A stretch of DNA of 64,000 nt from positions 13,394,001 to 13,458,000 of the forward strand of contig CM052816.1 of assembly GCA_028534125.1 (NCBI GenBank). Direction: 5' to 3'. The stretch comes from Lama glama (lineage: Eukaryota). This document shows positions 49,951 through 63,005 of this stretch, piece after piece. The notes beneath the pieces were generated by a model that was not told the DNA's origin, searched no databases, and saw only the letters and a program-made list of their open reading frames with translations. The position numbers and the translations under genes were made by a program. The first letter of the stretch is position 1. Every line of letters starts with the position of its first letter.

Positions 49951-52744
49951 TTTCAGAGTAGCTGGACTTTGGTCCCAGTTTACCTAGTGTCCTTTGATCT
50001 TTAGGGGAGATGGCTACCTTAAGAGGTCTAGCCAAGGACCTGCCAAAGATGGAAATCCCGCAGCCTTGCCCTGGCACGGCTAAAATGGTGCTATCTCTGG
50101 TTCTGATGCCTGATTTAGCATTACGCCCACACACACAAGAGGGCCTTGATCTCTGTGGAGAAGTAGGAAAGATTTACCAATGAGACAGCAAAATGTGGTC
50201 TCTGAAGTATCAAAGGGTGCTGAGTCACAAACATGTTTCTTTCATTATGATTGCTACACGGTGAGAAGGATCGTTTCAGTCATTACGAGAACAATGAAAA
50301 ACAAATCAATGAAATAAAAAGAACGGATAGTTTTCTGATGACTGGTTCCCCATCTTATGCCTAATTAATAGTCAAGGTAGTGGTAATCCCCCACCCCTTG
50401 ACTCGGTCTTCTGTTTTCATCCACGTCATTAAGTATTCCCATTCAAGGAGCTCTGTGACCTCAAGATGAATAAGGACAGAAGGAATGAAGGGTCCAGAAC
50501 TGAGGCTGAGACCCACGTGGTCTCGGCTGATCATGACTGAGCCCATCACCATGGCAGCAGGTGTGGACAGACTTCTGAGAATTCACCAGCTCAGGAAAGT
50601 ACTGCAGCTTCTCTTTGCCAAGATGAGCTCATGGTGTCCGTCCCTGGGCCACCCGGGCAAATCCCAGGCAGAAAAAACTGGGGAGGCACAAACTGGGTCA
50701 CACATGTCATGGCCCTGGTTTTCAGGAACGGTCGGGGAACCAGCTTCAGAGTGACTGGGGCCGCCGGCATGGCCCTCATCAGGGCCGTGGCCAGCTCAGG
50801 TCAGCACAGTTTCTACCTTAAGAGCAGCCTTTCTGGAGCTCAACGCTCACAGGTATTAACTAGTTAGCGATTCACTGGGCTGGAAACACAGCCACACTCC
50901 TACCTCCAATCCTCCTCCGAAAGCAAACAAGTAGAACTGTTCCCAGCATCACCCTGCCTCCCCCGAGAAAGCCTCCAGGTCTATAGCAGGCAGGGAACAG
51001 GCCCACAAATGGCGTGGAGCAGGGGAAGTGACCCCCGCGCCCACCACCGCTATGTTCTATGTAACACAAAGCACATCTAGACAACTGAAAAATAAAAAGT
51101 CCTCAGCCCCCTCCTCTGTGACCTGTTTAAAAGACATACCCCCCACTTTCCACTTAGCTGCCAAAGCAGTCTCTTTGGACAATCTACTCCAAATTCAGGG
51201 GCAATTCAGAGGGCTCCCAGCTGCTGAGCACAAAGATTAGAGACCACTGGTTGGCACTGCTGGCCGAAATCAAGGACTGGCAAGCCATCTGGGCTAGAAT
51301 TGCAACCTTGCTCATGCTGAGCAACAAATAACTTGAGCAACTGCTAGGTTCAGAGCTTTAAACAAAACTAGAATGTCTGTAAAGTCTAGGAAAACAGCTC
51401 TAAGGGTCCCTGGCAAAGCCCTACTCCAAGGGAGGGAGGCGGCGGAGAACCAGAAGAGACTCACCGCCCATGAGCTGAACAAGTTAAATTACTCGCGCTC
51501 TTGAGGCATGAGTCTACTTCTTGGTAAACAAACACGTCACCAACCAAATAACAGGTAAGGGATTAAATTTTTTGAACATCAAGGTAGAATTTAAAGCTGC
51601 CAACAACTAAAAACAGACCTGATTTTCTCAATGTACGATTTCATCTTACCCTGTTTTTACATTTTCAGTAGATGTACTTCTTATGTTCATTTTCGAAGCA
51701 TTTTTCCTTCCAAGCCTTAATATTCCTTAGTTGCTTCTAAGGCAAAAACTGTCAGACCCATTTTGCAGATCTGTAAATGTCTTAAGGAGCCAGAATGGCG
51801 GGGCGCGACCTTGCAGCCACAGCACGGAGAGGGGTGGGAGAAGGTCCTGACATCCTGGTGTCTCACCAAGAGCAACGACTGCCCTGGAGGCAATTTGTGG
51901 CTGAACCTCAAACTATTTTCACTAGAGAAAGGGAAAGCCAACTCTGCTTTTCCTGAGTCTTATACAACTGTGGCCGGAGAGTCCAGCTGTCCCGGCCATG
52001 GCCCCACATTCTTTGTACAAAGGCTATAGTGGACAAGGTTTACAGGGTGGTCTAAAGAAGCACGCTAAGTAATGTGGGATGCAACCACAAAAGAGAACTT
52101 TCTGGCCCAAGCAGAGTGGATCTAGTTTCCGTGGAGGATGGGAAAACCAGCCTCCAAACTGCCTGTCTCAGTTGGGGGTGCTTAACTTCCAAGGACGAAG
52201 CAATGGAGGTTCTTCTCTTGTACAGCATGTGCCCTGTGATCACAGTCCTGTAAGGTTTCAGGAGCTGGAGACTCACAGGGCTCCTGGGGGCTGTCCTCTC
52301 TGGATGTGGACACAGAGATAGCACCGAACATACTCAGCATGGTCGGGGACAAGGGAAACCGTGACAACACGAATGAGGGAAACAGACTTAGCTACCGATC
52401 TACTGAGATACCGCAGTGCCTGGATGTTTGTAAAACTCAAAGGAATTGCTTTTCATGCCCAGCAGCCAGCACAGGCAAATAGCCATCACCAAAGCCATCT
52501 CAGCAGGATGGTGAATCAAACATCATCACGGCCAAGAAGCAGTATGTTAAGAAGAATGATTCTCCTTTGAGATGATGATGCTGAAAAAAAATCCAAAACA
52601 AATTAGCCAAGCTCCAAGTTGAGGGTGAAGGTTTAAATCATGTTCAGGGGATAATGGTCTGAGTCGGATGGGGCCAGACAGCACATTCTGGGCAGAATGG
52701 CTGACCCAGGGCCCCCGTGGCCGGCAGCGGGACGTCAGACTTAC

Positions 52745-52898
52745 AGTGAGTTGGGCCGGGTGGGTTTCAGCATATCCAGGTCTGGGTCACTGGAGTTCAT
52801 GTTGGGCTGCAAGCTGTTGCTGGAATTAAGGATGCTGTTTGCATTTGATGAGACGACAGATTCCGAACTGGAGTTGATGAGGCTGTTTCTTTGTTCCT
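52745..52898 (-). CDS. ARHGAP26: ARHGAP26 Ser/Asn-rich coding exon (154 nt) following the RhoGAP domain
   Basis: Acceptor ttttttcccccag|AG at 52898 and donor TCACT|gtaagt at 52745/52744. Encodes EQRNSLINSSSESVVSSNANSILNSSNSLQPNMNSSDPDLDMLKPTRPNS(L), matching recalled GRAF1. Phase 1 in, phase 2 out, compatible with the exon starting at 2641. Confidence 0.95.
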
Positions 52899-54112
52899 CT
52901 GGGGGAAAAAAGCCACAGATCACATGTCAATATTATTATGTATGGATAGTCAGTTTCTACACATGTAAAAATTTACAAATAATGAGATGGGATGGCGATC
53001 TCTAGTCCCAGTGAAGCTAAGAAAAGGTCATCGGATGAGAATTACACATGGTAAAGGAAGAGTCAAAGAGTAAGAGGTGACTTGAAATGTTAGAGCAGAA
53101 CACCCTCCACTTAACAGGACACATCTCCCCTTTAATATGACCAGCCTTTTCTTAAGAGTGGTCCTCCCACCCCACCATGCATTGTGTCTTCTTTTGACTG
53201 GCAGGTGGTCAGAACAGAGAGAGCCTTCAAAGTCTCCTGCAGTCAACCAGATCCTCTTGGTTTCTGTGACGTTCACCTTTTATTCTAGAACTCCTGCCCC
53301 CAGTATTGTCTTGATTGCCCAAGTCATGTCCTATCTCTGATTCTATAGCACCAGTCCATAAATATCTACCCTTTGGCCATCCACTTCCTTGTAACTCTGC
53401 AGTCTAAATCCCTGACCACGCCCCAGACACACTCCTCTGGGTTGCCTCTAGCTCCAAGTATTTGATATTGAGTTTCAAGTTAGTGCTTTGATCAACCGAT
53501 CTGTGACCTGTGACTACAGAGTCATCTACATATAAAAAACTAAGTCTATGGTCCAAGCAGACATACTCGTCTTGGAGAATGCTACCAAGTCAGAGGGCAG
53601 AAAACCTGAGTTCTCTTCAAGACTCCACCCTGACTGGCCATGGAGAGTCGGGCAATGATCCTTGATGCTCTGTTTCTTGGTTAATGCAGTGATGAAACAG
53701 GGACCATGAGAAGCGCCATGTACAGCTTGGGGAGCTGTCACGAGGATCGAGTGGGATCATGTACAAGAATGTATTTTGTAAACTTCAGAACACTGCTCAA
53801 AGAAGAGAACTTTTTGTTTCTTCCCATCTTGAAAAACTTGGAACCACGTGCTGAAGAAAACATTTTGGGGATGATTTAACTAAATGGCACGGGCACAACT
53901 GCTGTAGCAAAACATGACAGACAGGGAATGTCACTGTTGTTCCACGTTCCTTACAGATGTACCAAACTGGGGTCAACTGATGTTTTGGGCAATCAGTTTA
54001 CTTATCAAGAAATATCATATCTAGATTAATCCTCACTGGACCTTTCTGAAATGAGCCAGAAGTATACTGTACCCTCAGGAAGAAAGACTAAGCTGGTCGA
54101 CATGGTAGTTTA

Positions 54113-54240
54113 TTTTTAGAATTAAAAAAAATTTTTTAAGTTTACTACAAATTAATGTTTTGTTTTTATTTTAGGGGGAGGTAATTAGGTTTATTTTTTT
54201 TTTAAGCACAGAATCTACCACTGAGCTATACCCTATCGCA
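54113..54240 (-). mobile_element. Internally deleted camelid SINE with a perfect 13-bp TSD
   Basis: Keeps ctaccactgagctataccc (5' end) and gggggaggtaattaggttta (tail) but lacks the B-box segment. Flanked by acatggtagttta at 54100-54112 and 54241-54253. Confidence 0.85.
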
Positions 54241-54395
54241 ACATGGTAGTTTAGAGATCAACATTTGAACTCAGGTCTTTTCAGAAAATAAAGGGCGTGA
54301 TGTCATGATAAAAGATACCCTTCCCTTGTGCTAGTCATGTAGGTAAAAATACATTATGCTTATGAAATGATGTTAGAGTAATCTTCACATCAGGT

Positions 54396-54435
54396 ACACA
54401 CATACATACACATACAAGCACACACACACACACAC
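54396..54435. repeat. Imperfect (CA)n microsatellite
   Basis: acacacatacatacacatacaagcacacacacacacacac seen directly. Confidence 0.75.
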
Positions 54436-57400
54436 CACTAACACCTAATACTGGGAAATTCTCACTGCTATGCTTAAAGCCCTATCAAAGACTTAAAAGA
54501 CCCCATGAGGCTATGGGGAGATTCCTGAACTCTAATTAGATTCTGCAGAAAACAAATTGTTAAGTTGATTCCTGAGACTTAGAACTATTCACATTTCAAA
54601 AGCTTAAGTTTCAAACAGAAACAACAAAGAAAGAGAAATCAAAACAGTTACGCTGAGCCAAGATGTAGGAGGACTAACAGGGCCTGCAAATGGGAACTTG
54701 CTACCAGGAAGAAAAACAACTCTAAAATGACACAATTAGGGGGATCATTGAGGGAATGGATATGCCACTTATCAGCATGAATCAGCGTAAGTAAAATGTT
54801 CCTCTGCACAAAATACTCATAAAAGTAAGACACTGCGAGGAACTCAAAACTACCTTTACTCCAAGGGTAATAATGATGACACTTCTTCGGGGGTTCAGTG
54901 GAGACATTTTCTCCCTCGTATGGCAGGAGAGATGAAGGGTTTTATTAGCTCTGGTTTGAGGCCAAGTTTGCCTGACATAATCATCTGAATTCATAGGAAA
55001 CGGAACAGTGTGACTATGGGTCCTGTTTCTCCTACGATGATAGTTACTTGTTCACAAGAGGATTGTAATTTTATGAACTAAAAATAATACCTTGCCAAAG
55101 GAATGTTAGCTTTTCTAAAATATTATCAAGACTTTTTTCTGTCTTACTATTTATTAGAAAAAGAGGGCACCTGAGATGAAACCTTCTTCACTTTTCACTT
55201 ATTCAGTAAACACTTACTGAGCCCCTCCTGTGTGCCAAACATGGTCCCCAGACAGCAGACTCCTGCACTTATTCCTTGGCATTTTATTCAGATGTAGACT
55301 ACAGGATTTATTAACTTGTACTTACATATTTGTTCTTATGACTTCCTTTCTCAGTAGACTACGAGCAACCTAAGATGGGGCATTTGACAGACAAAACTTC
55401 AAAATCACAATTTAAAAAACGATACAAAGATGCTTTGCTTTATAAAATATTTTATCAGAATAATGGTAATAAAAATATGCTCCTTAATGCTCATAAAAAG
55501 ATCTAATTCTGAAAGAAATGAGTTTAGGGCAAAGTTTTAAGAACCTATCTCCCGCTACAGTAACAGTAACCGGGTGTCTCCATGAGCTAGTGACGGAGGC
55601 GGCAGCAGGTGGAACATGATATTTGCCTCATATAAACCCGGAAGAGAACAAGGATATGGGTGGAAAATGAGGACTCGACCCTCCTGGACTAGAAAAGTCA
55701 ACAGAACAAAACAAGTGGCTACACCCAAACTGGGCTTCAGGGTTTCTAGTATTTATTCACTGGAGGACAATAGAAATCTTTTTTTTTAATTTATTTTAAG
55801 AAATAAATTCTTTTCAAGATTCTATTCTCACTTCTATTTAGCTGCCTAGGACCTTTCATGTATGATGTATTCTATAACAAAACAACAAACGTAAAAAGAC
55901 CAGGGAAGGGAATTCCTTGTCTAAGAAGAAAACACAAAAAAATTAATCATTAGATTTCATAGTTTTGCAGCCAAGACAGCCAGTTATCCTTTCTAAGAGG
56001 CAGGCTCTTCAGCAGTATCCCTTGATGGGCCACACAGGTAAGGAACTCTGGAAACCTGGCACTCTCTGACTACGAGCCACTGTAGTTTTCTTTAACATGA
56101 GACCTCACATAACGAGACCGAGGACTTTTGAGTGAATAGACTCCTAGGCGGAAATGCTGACAATCCTTACTGCGGGTGAGGAGGAAGGCGAAGATTATTC
56201 CAGAGACGGGGTGGGGAGTAAAATCAACAGCAAATTGAATATTTTAGTGGTTATGGCAAATTATATCACCGCAAATTCTGAAGCATTTGAAATGAATTAA
56301 GAAATAAAATTATTCCATAATGTCACTCAAAACAGGAGGATTTTTGTCGAGTGGGCAAATGAGTGCTTGCTCCCGACAGAAAAACAGAATGAGAACAGGC
56401 AGCTGAAAAGACTTAAAAAAAAAAATTTAACCAAATCATTCAAATACCAGAGCTGGACTCCTTTGAGTCAGTGATGATTCAAACCGGCTCTGGCATCCAC
56501 ACCAGAAGGTATGAGAACGACTGATGGCAATTACGTTGCCGAAGGGAAAAAGATTATAGCCTAGCGGGCTGGAAAAGGAAAACAACCAACCAGCTATGAG
56601 TCAGGTCAGCAGGCTGGAATGACCAAAACAGAAAGAATGCCCACGACGCAGGAGGACTCCTAAGCTGGCTGAAGTCAGTGAGAATGCTTGCTTTGCTCAA
56701 ACATGTTTGTCAACGGGAACCTCTCTTCTTACTAGCCACAGCTTGGAAACCAGGGTAAAGGGTAAAATAAAAGCCCAACCCATTGTAAACTTGTATGGGT
56801 AACACGCTGGATGCTTTCATGAACATCTTCTCTGAAGAGAGACAAACTGGATGTGGACTTGGTCCTTAGGATGCAGACCACTCGAGGGGAGGGCCACGTC
56901 TGCCCACACGGAATCCATCAGGCACAGGTGACGGGGACCGGTGAGGTCAGCCGTCACCTCATACACCCCTGGTGCCCAGCCCATGCACAGTACAGATTAA
57001 AGTGTCCCAAGTGGTCATGACATAGATGACAAAATATAAGGCAACATTAAGAATCTGAGTGTATTCTGCTAGTGCACAAGGAGGCAATTCTGGGTGATTG
57101 AAATTTTCAGGTGCTTCAGAGAGGGACCACTAATGTCCTTGAAACCAGAGAACGGGTGACAGCGGGCAGAGTCTGTGTTTTTTGTACAAATCAGGAGCGG
57201 AAAAACATGAGAATGCAACCAAATCACTGCAACTAAAAAAAGCAAGCTGCAGAATAATTTGGGTGATATTGTACTTGTTCTGGGGGTTGCCATGGAAATC
57301 TGGGCGCTCAGCTCCTTCACTTTCCATATTTACCAAGTGACTCCCACTCACTCTGACGACAAGTGCATCACAGACAAGAGGCAGGGTCTCTGCTGATCAC

Positions 57401-59774
57401 AGGGACCTGGGGGCGAGGCCAGGAACGCACACCCAGAGCCAAGCCAAGTTCACACGGCTCGGCAGGCCTGAACACGTCTGCGCCACTGACTACTCAGAGC
57501 TGAAGGGTAAAGAGGAAACACAGCCCTTTGATGTCACATTGGGGTTGGTTTCCCACCATGCACACAAGTCTGTCATAATCCCGGCCGATACCCCGTCTTC
57601 CCATGATGTCTCAGACCAGCTGTCAGAAAGAAGAGGGAAGGCAACTGTTCTTTAAAAGCAGCTCATGATGCCTCTCAGAGCACAAAAGAGGGAACGCTCT
57701 CCACATGATCAAACAGGGAGTTACCAGACAGATGGAGGTTCTGCAAAGACCCAAGGCTTCACACAGAAAAGATTAAGGCAAAAGCAAAACACCCAGAGGC
57801 TTTCCCGAGCTGTGGCGGAGCGAGAGGTGTGCTTTCTCCCGCTTGTTAAAGTTTTGCAATGAAGTCTGTAATATATCATCTTGACAAGAGAGGATGATAA
57901 CAGCAGGGCAGCTTAATGAATTTTGCAATAAAAAATGATGAGTGCACAGCAATTTCTGAGTTTGCCATCTCTGGGAAACACCCAAGTACACAGGAAGCTT
58001 GGAATCAGACTTTCTGAAGCAAATCTTCCCCCCTTGCCTAGCTTCTGCTCCTGATAAGACAGCCGTGCCAAGACCCACTAAAATCTGAGATGGTCTGATT
58101 TCATGCTGCCCCGGTCTCGGTCCCTGTGATAAAAATAATCTTAAAAAAGCAGTCTGGGTAATGTGTTTGAGCACACGAACACAGTTTGGGCAATGTTTTA
58201 AAAAATGATTTTAAAAAGTAGCTAGGCAATGAGGGACTGAAAAGTGAGTTGAGAAAAGTTGAGAGCTGAGTGGTCAACGTGTTGTTTGGACCAGAGACAC
58301 GGAACGTATCACAACTCCCGGCAGGTTCTTTTCAGCAAAACCGCCGCTGATTTTGGTCCTGCGTGGAATGACATTCTCTCCCCACAGTGCCCATAAACGC
58401 CCTTTGCTCAGCAATAGGAAAGAATGCCCATGAAACTGGGTTGCACGAGAGAATGGGGAAGTGCTGGTCCAGGACCTCAGTGATTCACAGCAATGAGATG
58501 TGGAAGGGACCACAGGGAAGCCTGCTCCTGAAACATTTCAAAAACCACAGCATAGGAATGAACCTCTAATTAATGGCTGAACAGAGAGTGAAATGATCAG
58601 AGCTAAGCAGATACTCTACGACTTATGACACAGCCCTCTTCTCCCTGAGAACTTAACTTTTGAGGAGGGAAGTTTTCCCTTTAATCTATGATTCCCTGAT
58701 ATCTGAGGGAGCCCACATGCAGATTGCTTATATGATAGCTCACGAGAAAGAAGAAAATGACATATTTATTTTTATGCCATGACTCACTGCAACATGGGTT
58801 TGAGATAGTAAATGAATTCACGATTAGAGAGTTTTGTTTCTAATAATGTAAAAGTTAGCCAATACGTAATAAATATGTATTCCTCTCCAAGTTTAAAGTC
58901 CAGAACAGCACATAAATATCCTGCATGTATTTTGTTGTATAAAAGTCCAGTTGCTTTTCCCATACATAGAAACAGACACTTACATGCATTTTTTTCTTTT
59001 AGCAAAGTGGGAAAACATAATGTCTAATGTTGTGTTACCTGTTTTGTTCACATAGTGATAATGCCAGAGATGAGCCTGGAATATGCTCTTTTTTATTTAA
59101 CAATCTATCTTGAACTGTTCCCCCTGCCATTAGTGTCCCACAGCATCGTTTTTTAATGGCCACATCAACTGTGCAGTTTTCTGTCACACGTGGTAACCAC
59201 ACGTAATTAAGACAAGAGCCACATCACACCTTACAGTCTGTGCGACAACAGGAACCCATGTGGATAAACATGTCATCGGCCAAAACAAACAGGTGCGTCC
59301 CGAGTGCCCAGGATCAGCGAAGGCAACCTGAGAAAAGCCACAGGCTGCAGCTCTGACGGTTCTGAGGGAGGCATTACGTAAGCCTTTGAGCAGGATGAAT
59401 TCCCAGTTATTTTTCAACCAGGAAGACACACAGGAGGAGTACTTGAGCTGAATTCTCAGCCTCTCCCTGGGCTTGTCTGGGAGAGGGTCCAGGACGAATT
59501 AACTGCACTAAAAGAATTAATCAGAGCTATAATCCCAGCCGCCGGTTAACATGATCCATGTAAAACAAAGTCCAAGATTCCAGGCCCGCCCCCAACCAAG
59601 GCTGCTGATGTGCCGGTGTCCCAGCATCCAACGGGCTGTCTCTGGGGCCAGGGCGGCTGTGTGACCCTCGCACGTGGGCCTCTCCTTGGGAATCTGCAGG
59701 CTCCGGAGCGGGAGTATTTTTTCGTCAAACGGAAAGTAAAGCTGCTGCCCGACAACAATCATCATAATTGGAGC

Positions 59775-60010
59775 TAACATTTATTAGATGCTTACCGCGT
59801 CCTAGGCGCGCTGTCAAGCACTTAACATGTGCTGGCCCACTCAGTCATGGTAATGACCCTCCAAGGAAGCTAGTCTCACTGATCGATTTTACAGATGAGC
59901 AAATGGAGGTGCAGAAACGAAAAGTAACATAGCCATGGTCTCAGAGTGGGTAGGTAAGAGAGATGGTGTTGAAACAACGCAGGCTGACTGCAGAACCCCT
60001 GCTTTCAACC
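59775..60010 (-). mobile_element. MIR SINE
   Basis: aacatttattagatgcttacc...attttacagatgagcaaatggaggtgcagaaa. Confidence 0.75.
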
Positions 60011-60129
60011 ACCGCCGGGCTGCCTCGAAGCCCGACAGAGTCAAAGAGACACTCTGCTAACGACGGAAGGCAAGCAACACTGACGGTCCCTCCCTCCCCC
60101 ACACTCGTGCTGTGCTGACGCTGTTTAGC

Positions 60130-60283
60130 TGGCACTGGCATCACCAGGGCGCTTTTAAAATTACAGATGCCTGGGCTCCAGCCATGACCTGATTCAGGAT
60201 GTACTGGAAAGGAGACCAGGCACCTGTATTTTTAACAAGCTCCTTCCATGATTCTAACGCAGATCCAGGTCTAAGAACCACAG
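60130..60283. mobile_element. MER5-family MITE
   Basis: atcaccagggcgcttttaaaattacagatgcctgggctcc...ctgtatttttaacaagctcc...tgattct...taagaaccac. Confidence 0.7.
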
Positions 60284-60313
60284 TTCCAAGAAATACATTT
60301 CAGCGCCGTGGGA

Positions 60314-60633
60314 CAGGCGTGCCCCGGAGATACTGTGGATTTGGCTCCAGACACTGCAATAAAGCAAACAACGCAATGAAGCGAGTCACATGAATATTTT
60401 GGGTTCCCTGTGCATATAAAAGTTATGTTGACTTGATACTGGTGTCTATTAAGCATATAATAGCATTCCATCTTAAAAAAAAAACAGACCTTAATTTAAA
60501 AGAAAAATTTTATTGCTAAAAAATGCTAACCATCATCTGAGAACACAGTGTGGCCACAAACCTTCAATTTGTCAAAAATGCAGTATCTGCAAAGTGCAAA
60601 AAAAGCAAAGTATAATAAAAAGAGGTGTGCCTA
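60314..60633. mobile_element. Tigger1 internal-deletion derivative (TcMar-Tigger MITE, ~320 bp)
   Basis: Both Tigger1 ends are present: caggcgtgccccggagatactgtgg...gcgagtcaca...gtgcatataaaagttatg and gccacaaaccttcaatttgt...gaggtgtgccta, with imperfect terminal inverted repeats. Confidence 0.85.
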
Positions 60634-61679
60634 TGTAAGTGCTAAATATCTGGGGCAAAATCAGTCATAAATGTCACCTTGTGATCTCTTGGAAGAAACT
60701 GTAAAAGTCACAAGTCCTAGGTGCTGGTTCTGTCTAATCCTCTGGCTCGACCTTCTACAGTTGTCCATACCTCTCGCCTAGATACACCAGCCCACTCTCC
60801 GCTGGATGATACATCTGTGTGGAAACTTGGACACTAAACAGTAATCTCCTTTGCTACCACTCGTCTGTCAGTATGGTTGAGAAACTTCCTAGCATCTGTT
60901 CTGAGGTGATCACAAATGAGAGTGACTGCCCCGGCCCGGCACATTAAAGCGACCGCTGAGCGCACCCTGCTCTCGGCCCGGTGGGGGATGGAGGTGGTGG
61001 CGGCCGTTGCGGGGCTGCTGCCCGCCAGCGCACACACTGAGGATCCCATTCAGTAAGGGTCACCTGCCTCTGCGGCGGTGCTAGACGCTGGGACAGATGG
61101 CTTTTACTGCATCTCTAACTCAGTCTAGCCAGGCTTCCACTTTGGCGGGTCAAAAAGTGACCGAGGCACCCTTGTGGCGACACCATGGGATGAGGAAGGG
61201 ACATCACCTGGGTACAAAGCCCTCCTCTGCCATCTGCCAGCTGTGTGACTGCTTAATCTCTCGAGCCCTCGTGTCCTTGCTTGTAAAACGTGGGTAATGA
61301 GAACCCACCTCATGACTCTCAGCCAATTATAAGGACGAGATGAGGTAGCAATGGTCCTGACCTGTTAGCGGAGCTGTTACCATCATTTCTGTTGTACTGC
61401 TGCTGTTTGTATGGAATGAGGTTCCAATCTAGCTGGGCCTCAAGGCGCTTCATGAAATGTATCCATTTATTCTCCCACACCAGCCCCTCGCCCTTACAGG
61501 CAGATCCCTGGCTCAACAGAAGTTTAAGCTCCAGGCACACAAGTGGAACTGGAAACACTGTCCTTTGGAAATAAGGTTGGGTTTGCAAGCTAGGTCATAA
61601 AAGCCAACCCTCAAAGAAGCACATCTCCTCTAGAACTATCCCACAGGTAGAGCCTGGGAGGCAGACTCATGGCTGGCGA

Positions 61680-61880
61680 ACAGTGTGGCTGTGAGCTCAG
61701 AAGCCCTGGGGTTCAAATCTGTCCCTCTGTTGCTGTGTGAACTTCAGTACATTATTTCATGTAAATTTTATTTTCCTCCAAGTGTAAAATACAGACAGTA
61801 CCTGTGTTATTCAAGTGTAAAGATTAAATGAGATGTTGCTCTGCCCAGGGCTTAACACAGGAACCACTTGGTAAATTATG
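61680..61880 (+). mobile_element. MIR SINE
   Basis: cctggggttcaaatctg...gctgtgtgaac...gtaaagattaaatgaga. Confidence 0.65.
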
Positions 61881-62984
61881 TTGCTGGATGTATTAATCAT
61901 ACATAGGCAAAAAGTCAATGGCTATGGGAAGATGTTTTTCAAGTTCCATCTGGGATCACATCTTCTCACAGTCTTTTCCCCAGGTCTGGACACAAGAGCT
62001 GCCCTCGGCTACTTACAGAAGGCTCTTCTACGCTCCTGCGAAGCATCACAGACTATCTTTCCATCCTTTTGGAAAGACCGTGACTCTCATTTCCTTCAAC
62101 ATCTTTCCCAAAATTACCCTTCTCGTAAAAAATTCCTTGGCCAGCTGAGACAACCTGGATATTTAGTTCCCTCCTCACAAAAATAAGCAGTGATTTCCAA
62201 ATGACTTACATCTTTGCACTTGTTGCTACGACACTTCCTAAGCCCTGCATTGCCCCATCGTTTCCTTTGTTCTTTTCCGCAGTGTTTCCATCTCCACTCT
62301 TTGCCCCACTTCACTGCATACGACCTATGGGGCCCCACATGCTGCCTGGTAACCCACCCAAGTCCCCACCCAGCACAGCAGGAGAAAGCAGCCACACCGC
62401 ATTCTGGGAAGAGACCACTGTCATCGTAAGGTCAGCCTGACCTTTAAGGAAAAGCGAAAAGCCCTCTGGAGAAGGCTCCACTCCTACTCTCAGATTAAAG
62501 CAGAGGAGTCTCCTGGAGGCGCCTGGGCACACAACTGGTCTACCTACACAGAAGGGAAAACTCCTTCAAGAAAATCAGACGTACGTCTACGAGAACCAGC
62601 GAACACACCCGATACCTCCATCACCTTGAGGCCAGGGTGCTGGCACGGATTCACGTCCAAGAGAAAAGAATGGGCTCCAACTTGTGCACGGGGCAGGGGC
62701 CCCGCAGGGAGGTGGGAGGCAAAGGTGTGCCCACGGGAAGCAGCCGAGTGAGCTCCTCCGGGAGTCGTGGGCCCATTAGGCACGTTGACGAGGGACTGAG
62801 GACAGGGCCAAGCCAGGGACCACAGAGAAGATACTCAACTGCAAATACACCAATGAGGAGAAAAAACTAACCGAACTCAGAAAAGGGCAGGTGCACAGAC
62901 CTCAAAGGAAATGAGGTTCTGAACAATATCATATGAAGTATGAAGGCAGAAGAGAGGCACGTGGAGATATTGTGTAGGTGCATT

Positions 62985-63005
62985 TGTGTGTGTGTGTGTG
63001 TGTGT
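62985..63005. repeat. (TG)n microsatellite
   Basis: tgtgtgtgtgtgtgtgtgtgt seen directly. Confidence 0.85.

Noticed and set aside
2642..52744. Recursive splice sites (YnAG|GT) in the 50-kb intron
   Set aside because: The AG|GTAAG-type candidate I found (near 49655) lacks a polypyrimidine tract. My manual scan was not exhaustive.
62210..62325. Purine-rich minus-strand segment ending in GAT|gtaagt, a possible exon
   Set aside because: The upstream AG lacks a polypyrimidine tract and the translation does not resemble GRAF1.
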